Assembly: GCA_944358675.1 (NCBI GenBank)
Contig: CALVRN010000006.1
Span: forward strand, 1-62,216
Source of the DNA: an uncultured Bacilli bacterium
GTDB lineage: Bacteria > Bacillota_I > Bacilli_A > RF39 > UBA660
Direction of reading: 5' to 3'
DNA: 62,216 nucleotides
The number at the start of each line of letters is the position of its first letter. Position 1 is the stretch's first letter. A program made the position numbers and the translations under genes. Shown here piece by piece: positions 57,096-62,216 of the stretch. Below the pieces are notes generated by a model, which did no database searches, had not been told where the DNA came from, and saw nothing but the letters and a program-made list of their open reading frames with translations.

Positions 57096-59612
57096 ATGAT
57101 TGAATTTAAAAATGTCAGTAAAATCTATAAAACTAAAAAAGGAGTAGAAACTAAAGCCTTAAATAATATCAACTTGAAAATTGGTAATAAAGGCCTAGTT
57201 TTTATAGTAGGTAAATCTGGTAGTGGTAAATCAACTATGTTAAACTTACTAGGCGGACTAGATAATATAACAAGCGGTAAACTATTCATAAATAATAAAG
57301 ACATAAGTAAATTTAAAAACAAGCAGTATGATGCATATAGAAATACTTATGTTGGTTTCATATTCCAAGAATTCAATATTTTAGAAAATTATAATGTTTA
57401 TGAAAATATTGAACTAGCTCTAAGACTTCAAAACAAAAAAGCAGAAAAAGAAACAATTGATAACTTACTAAATAAATTAGGGCTAGAAAATTTAGATGAA
57501 AGAAAAATAAATGAATTATCAGGAGGACAAAAACAAAGAGTAGCTATCGCTAGAGCCCTAATCAAAAACCCTGAAATAATCTTAGCTGATGAACCAACAG
57601 GAAACCTTGACCAAACATCTAGTAAACAAATCTTTGATTTATTAAAAGAAATATCTAAAGAAAAACTAGTTATAGTCGTATCTCATGACATGGAATCCGC
57701 AAAAAACTATGCCGATAGAATAATCGAAATATCAGATGGAAATATAATAAATGACACAAATCCAGAAATAGAATTAACCGAAGAAAAATTCAATCTAAAA
57801 AAATCTAAACTACCATTTTCTTATAGTATTAAAATGGCTTTAAAAAGCTTAACCATTAAACCATTTAAACTATTAATGACCTGCATTCTAACCGCTATGG
57901 CCTTAATATTTATGGGCTTTACCATTAACTGTTATTTATTTAATGAACCAGAATTTATAGCTAAAACATTAAATGATAATAATAGACATGTCTATAGTAT
58001 ATCTAAAACAAAATTTGATGGTGACGGAGGTTCTTATCCCACACCTCTTACAGATAAAGATGTAAAAGAAATAGAACAAATAACTGGTTCAAAAGTAAAT
58101 AAAGGGTATAACTTAAAAAATAATGAATACCCTTTAGACTTTGAATTTGGAGAAGTAGATCTAAATAATAGACCTCATTATTATATTAGAACTCCATTTA
58201 TAATTAATTATATTGAATTAGAAGATAAAAAAATTCCAGGAAAAATTATTGGTAATCTTCCAACAACTGATAGAGAACTTGTAATCCATAAATATTTAGC
58301 TGAATACATGATAAAATACGGTGTTGTTGATAGTGATAATAACCTATATAAACCAGCAACTATCGAAGACTTAATAAACTCAAAACATGAATTAAAATTA
58401 GGTGAAAATAACGTAACAATAAGTGGGGTTGTTGATGATGATAATTCACCTTTAGAAAAATACAAAGATGGCTCTAATATATATGACTTTGATTTAAGAA
58501 CTTTTTATAGTGATATATATGCTGATGCATCAAGTAATGTTTATGTAAAAGGTTTTACTAAAACTGTAAAATTAAATAATACTGCCATTAATCTTTTAGA
58601 TGGAATATATATAGAAAAAGTAATTGATAAAAAAAATGAATACGATCAGTGGAATGGCGAAAGCGGTTTTAAAAATATTAAAGATAATGCCAAAGAAGTA
58701 ATAACTAAAGATGGATTAAAGGTTATAAACACTTTAGCTAAAAATGAAGTGGTTTTATCTATAAAAGCCATGCAGAAAATGGACTCTAATTATGAACAAG
58801 GACTAGCACATTATCTTAAGCAAAACATGAATATCTCTTATAATATGGCTGTTCAAACATATACTCAAAATTATATGCAAACAGAAAATTTTGATAATAT
58901 TAAAATTAAATTATATGATAACCGTGAAGGAATAGATGAAACTAGAGATGTTAAAATCATCGGCATCATCATTGATGAAAACTCTTATATCAGTAATGAA
59001 TATGCTGAAGAATATGATATCCAAACAAAATATTTAAATAGCTTATTTGTTTATGATGATGATCTAAATCATCTAATAAAAATGTTTAAAAACTTTAAAT
59101 ACGATAATGGATTAAATATGACCCATGAAGGAGTAGAGTACACCTACAACGTTTATGGTGTAAGTGCAAACGATCTTAATGAAATCATTAGTACGTATAT
59201 AGTTTTAAAAAATTATATTTTAATAGTAAGCCTAGTTTTCACAATCTTTGCTATCTTACTATTCTCAAACTTTATTGGTGTATCAATCTCATATTCTAAA
59301 AAAGAAATCGGAATATTAAGAGCCTTAGGAGCTAGAAATAAAGACACCTTAAAAATATTTGCTTATGAAGCTCTAATTATTGGAATTATATCTTGGATTA
59401 TATCAATAATTGGTTGGAATTACACTTGTGATTTATTAAATAAAAGTATGTTTGGTAACGCATATTATATTTTAAATGGCTTTGTTAAAAGTTCACTAAT
59501 ACCTATTGGAATGTTTATTTTCACCATAATCATATCAGTAATTATAACCGCAATTGCTATTAGAAAAACAAATAAAATAAAACCAATAGATGCTATATTA
59601 AATAAAAGGTAG
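57096..59612 (+). CDS. MacB-like ABC transporter, fused ATPase and permease, copy 1
   Basis: [25 protein letters not shown]; FtsX-type [12 protein letters not shown]. Confidence 0.93.
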   Translation: MIEFKNVSKIYKTKKGVETKALNNINLKIGNKGLVFIVGKSGSGKSTMLNLLGGLDNITSGKLFINNKDISKFKNKQYDAYRNTYVGFIFQEFNILENYNVYENIELALRLQNKKAEKETIDNLLNKLGLENLDERKINELSGGQKQRVAIARALIKNPEIILADEPTGNLDQTSSKQIFDLLKEISKEKLVIVVSHDMESAKNYADRIIEISDGNIINDTNPEIELTEEKFNLKKSKLPFSYSIKMALKSLTIKPFKLLMTCILTAMALIFMGFTINCYLFNEPEFIAKTLNDNNRHVYSISKTKFDGDGGSYPTPLTDKDVKEIEQITGSKVNKGYNLKNNEYPLDFEFGEVDLNNRPHYYIRTPFIINYIELEDKKIPGKIIGNLPTTDRELVIHKYLAEYMIKYGVVDSDNNLYKPATIEDLINSKHELKLGENNVTISGVVDDDNSPLEKYKDGSNIYDFDLRTFYSDIYADASSNVYVKGFTKTVKLNNTAINLLDGIYIEKVIDKKNEYDQWNGESGFKNIKDNAKEVITKDGLKVINTLAKNEVVLSIKAMQKMDSNYEQGLAHYLKQNMNISYNMAVQTYTQNYMQTENFDNIKIKLYDNREGIDETRDVKIIGIIIDENSYISNEYAEEYDIQTKYLNSLFVYDDDLNHLIKMFKNFKYDNGLNMTHEGVEYTYNVYGVSANDLNEIISTYIVLKNYILIVSLVFTIFAILLFSNFIGVSISYSKKEIGILRALGARNKDTLKIFAYEALIIGIISWIISIIGWNYTCDLLNKSMFGNAYYILNGFVKSSLIPIGMFIFTIIISVIITAIAIRKTNKIKPIDAILNKR

Positions 59613-59620
59613 GAATTAAA

Positions 59621-62134
59621 ATGATAGAGTTTAAAAATGTCAGTAAAATCTATAAAACAAAAAAAGGTGTAGAAACCAAAGCCCTAAACAATATCAATTT
59701 AAAAATTGGTAATAAGGGTATGGTTTTTATAGTAGGTAAATCTGGTAGTGGAAAATCTACCATGTTAAACTTACTAGGTGGACTAGATAATATAACAAGT
59801 GGTAAACTATTCATAAATAATAAAGACATAAGTAAATTTAAAAACAAACAGTATGATGCATATAGAAATACTTATATTGGTTTTATATTTCAAGAATTCA
59901 ATATCTTAGAAGAGTATAATGTTTTAGAAAACATTGAATTAGCTCTAAGACTTCAAAATAAAAAATCATCTAAAGAAGAAATTGATAATTTATTAAAAAA
60001 ACTCGGACTAGAAAATTTAGATCAAAGAAAAATAAATGAACTATCAGGAGGACAAAAACAAAGAGTAGCTATCTCGAGAGCCCTAATCAAAAACCCTGAA
60101 ATAATTCTAGCCGATGAACCAACTGGAAACCTTGACCAAACATCTAGTAAACAAATCTTTGATTTATTAAAAGAAATATCTAAAGAAAAACTAGTTATAG
60201 TCGTATCTCATGACATGGAATCCGCAAAAAACTATGCCGATAGAATAATCGAAATCTCCGATGGAAATATAACAAACGATACTAATCCAGAAACTGAAAC
60301 AAAAGAAGAAAAATTCAATCTAAAAAAAGCAAAACTACCTTTTTCATATAGCTTTAAAATGGCCCTAAGAGGCTTAACCCATAAACCATTCAAGCTAGTG
60401 ATGACCTGCATTTTAACTGCCATGTCTTTAATCTTTATGGGTTTCACTATAGGCTGCTTAATCTTTGATAAAGAAACATTTATAACAAATACCATGAAAG
60501 ATAATAATAAATTTGTTTATATTATAGGTAAAACAAAATATTATGGACGCAGTGATTCTAAAATATTACCTCTTAATAATCAAGATATAAGTAATATAAA
60601 AAAAGCCACCAACTCTACTTTAAATCAAGCATATAGCTTATATGATAATGAACAAATGCTAGAATTTACTTATGGTAATCAAGATGAAAATACACAACAG
60701 TATTTTAGTATCTCTCCTATAATTAGAGATTATGTTGAAATAGAAGATAATAAACTTCTAGGAAAAATTATTGGAAGTCTTCCAACAACCGATAGGGAAC
60801 TTGTAATTCATAAATACTTAGCTGAATATATAATAAAATTTGGTGTTATGGATAATGAAAATAAAATATATAAACCTAATAGTATTGAAGAGTTAATAAA
60901 CTCAAACCATCAAATAAAATTAGGAGGTAATTTTATCACTATAAGTGGAGTTATTGATGATGACAATAGTTTATTTAAAGAGTATAAAAATAAAAAAGAA
61001 TTTAAAAACGATAATTTATATGCTCACTATGAACAAACCTATGCAAGTTTAAGTTCTACCGCCTATGTAAAAGGATTCACCAAATCAGCTAAACTAAATA
61101 ATAATAAAGAATTAATTTTAGATAAAATGTTTTTAACAGAAGTTATGAATACATATGGAATGTCATCAGAAGAAATGTCTACCGGCAATCTTAAAAATAT
61201 AAAAAAGCCAGTTCAAGTGTTAACTTCAAATGGCATACAAACCTTTGATAATTTAAATAAAGATGAAGTAATAGTATCAGTAAATGACCTACAAACATTA
61301 GATTATAATTACAATGAAGGTCTGCAAAATTATTTAATTCAAAGTAATAATATATCCCAGTTAGAAGCTATTCAAACATATACCGAAAACTATATAAAAA
61401 ATGATGAAAGATTTCAAAATGTAAGATTAAAACTAAGAGTATTTAATTCTGAAACTAATAATTATGATGATACTCCAGTTACAATTAAAGGTATTACCTT
61501 GGAAGATAACTCTTATGTTAGTAATAAATATGTTGAAGAATATACTCCTCGTGAAAAAGTCCAAAACTATATTTACATATATGATAACGATGTAAATCAT
61601 CAAAAAGAAGTATTTAATAATTTAAAATATAGATATGTCCGCGATTTTCCAAATGGCACATACTATTCCTATGAAATATTTGGATTAAATAATAGTGATC
61701 TTTCAAATATTATAGGAACATATAAAGATTTATATATATATCTTCTAGTTGTAAGTCTAGTCTTTGTCCTATTTACTATTTTATTATTTTCAAACTTCAT
61801 AGGTGTATCAATTTCATATGCCAAAAAAGAAATCGGAATATTAAGAGCCTTAGGAGCTAGAGGAAAAGACACCCTAAAAATATTTACTTATGAGTCTCTA
61901 ATAATTGGATTCATATCATGGATTTTATCAGTAATTGGTTGGCTTTATACTTGTAATATTTTAAATCAAAATATGTTTGGAAGTATGTATTATAAAGTAA
62001 ATGGAATGCTAATAACCCCACTAGTACCACTAGGAATGTTAGTATTCACCATTGTAATTGCCTTGGTGGTTACCTTTACTATAATGAATAGTGTTAATAA
62101 AGTTAAACCAATAGATGCTATATTAAATAAATAG
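59621..62134 (+). CDS. MacB-like ABC transporter, fused ATPase and permease, copy 2
   Basis: Tandem paralogue of 57096-59612 with the same motifs. Confidence 0.93.
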   Translation: MIEFKNVSKIYKTKKGVETKALNNINLKIGNKGMVFIVGKSGSGKSTMLNLLGGLDNITSGKLFINNKDISKFKNKQYDAYRNTYIGFIFQEFNILEEYNVLENIELALRLQNKKSSKEEIDNLLKKLGLENLDQRKINELSGGQKQRVAISRALIKNPEIILADEPTGNLDQTSSKQIFDLLKEISKEKLVIVVSHDMESAKNYADRIIEISDGNITNDTNPETETKEEKFNLKKAKLPFSYSFKMALRGLTHKPFKLVMTCILTAMSLIFMGFTIGCLIFDKETFITNTMKDNNKFVYIIGKTKYYGRSDSKILPLNNQDISNIKKATNSTLNQAYSLYDNEQMLEFTYGNQDENTQQYFSISPIIRDYVEIEDNKLLGKIIGSLPTTDRELVIHKYLAEYIIKFGVMDNENKIYKPNSIEELINSNHQIKLGGNFITISGVIDDDNSLFKEYKNKKEFKNDNLYAHYEQTYASLSSTAYVKGFTKSAKLNNNKELILDKMFLTEVMNTYGMSSEEMSTGNLKNIKKPVQVLTSNGIQTFDNLNKDEVIVSVNDLQTLDYNYNEGLQNYLIQSNNISQLEAIQTYTENYIKNDERFQNVRLKLRVFNSETNNYDDTPVTIKGITLEDNSYVSNKYVEEYTPREKVQNYIYIYDNDVNHQKEVFNNLKYRYVRDFPNGTYYSYEIFGLNNSDLSNIIGTYKDLYIYLLVVSLVFVLFTILLFSNFIGVSISYAKKEIGILRALGARGKDTLKIFTYESLIIGFISWILSVIGWLYTCNILNQNMFGSMYYKVNGMLITPLVPLGMLVFTIVIALVVTFTIMNSVNKVKPIDAILNK

Positions 62135-62187
62135 TTCCCATGTGGAACTTTTTATGATAAAATAAAAAACTAAACGGAGGAATAATA

Positions 62188-62216
62188 ATGGAAAGATATG
62201 TTTTAAGCAAAATGTC
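62188..62216 (+). CDS. 5' fragment of a gene running off the window
   Basis: GGAGG RBS then ATG GAA AGA TAT GTT TTA; too short to identify. Confidence 0.5.

Noticed and set aside
5046-61872. Short antisense or nested ORFs in the track (e.g. 5046-5291, 28385-28603, 30407-30826, 32122-32493, 35939-36307, 57125-57322)
   Set aside because: They lie within well-supported genes, lack RBS, and have the F/L/S/I-rich composition of shadow frames in AT-rich DNA

Overview
Very AT-rich Bacillota chromosome segment, standard genetic code. The gene content (Bacillus-like synteny, spoIVA/spoVIF/yunB, a Tam41 homologue) suggests an RF39-like gut Bacilli lineage; this is inference. Bases 1-6837 are the right arm of an integrative mobilizable element ending in a tRNA-Pro 3'-end duplication. 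It carries a pMV158-type oriT, a MOBV relaxase broken by one in-frame stop, a Rep-like HTH protein, three XRE regulators (two from a promoter-plus-gene duplication with palindromic operators) and uncharacterised cargo. Bases 11.9-16.9 kb are an accessory patch next to tRNA-Ala(TGC): an orphan LytTR regulator with 21-bp-periodic repeats upstream of a stand-alone integrase core-binding domain, and a nucleotidase / ASCH / GNAT-ART-like cluster. The rest is mostly housekeeping (engB, der, spoIVA, hbs, cca, dnaD, nth, ponA, recU, ruvX, mltG, trmR, trhP1/2, greA, rny, nrdD/G, prfB, ftsEX, two MacB-like ABC fusions). The two best finds are missing from the ORF track: (1) a class III ribonucleotide reductase whose glycyl-radical segment is a separate 55-aa gene (48388-48555), and (2) a complete type I toxin-antitoxin architecture between greA and rny. 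All family assignments come from motif recognition by eye; no database search was run.
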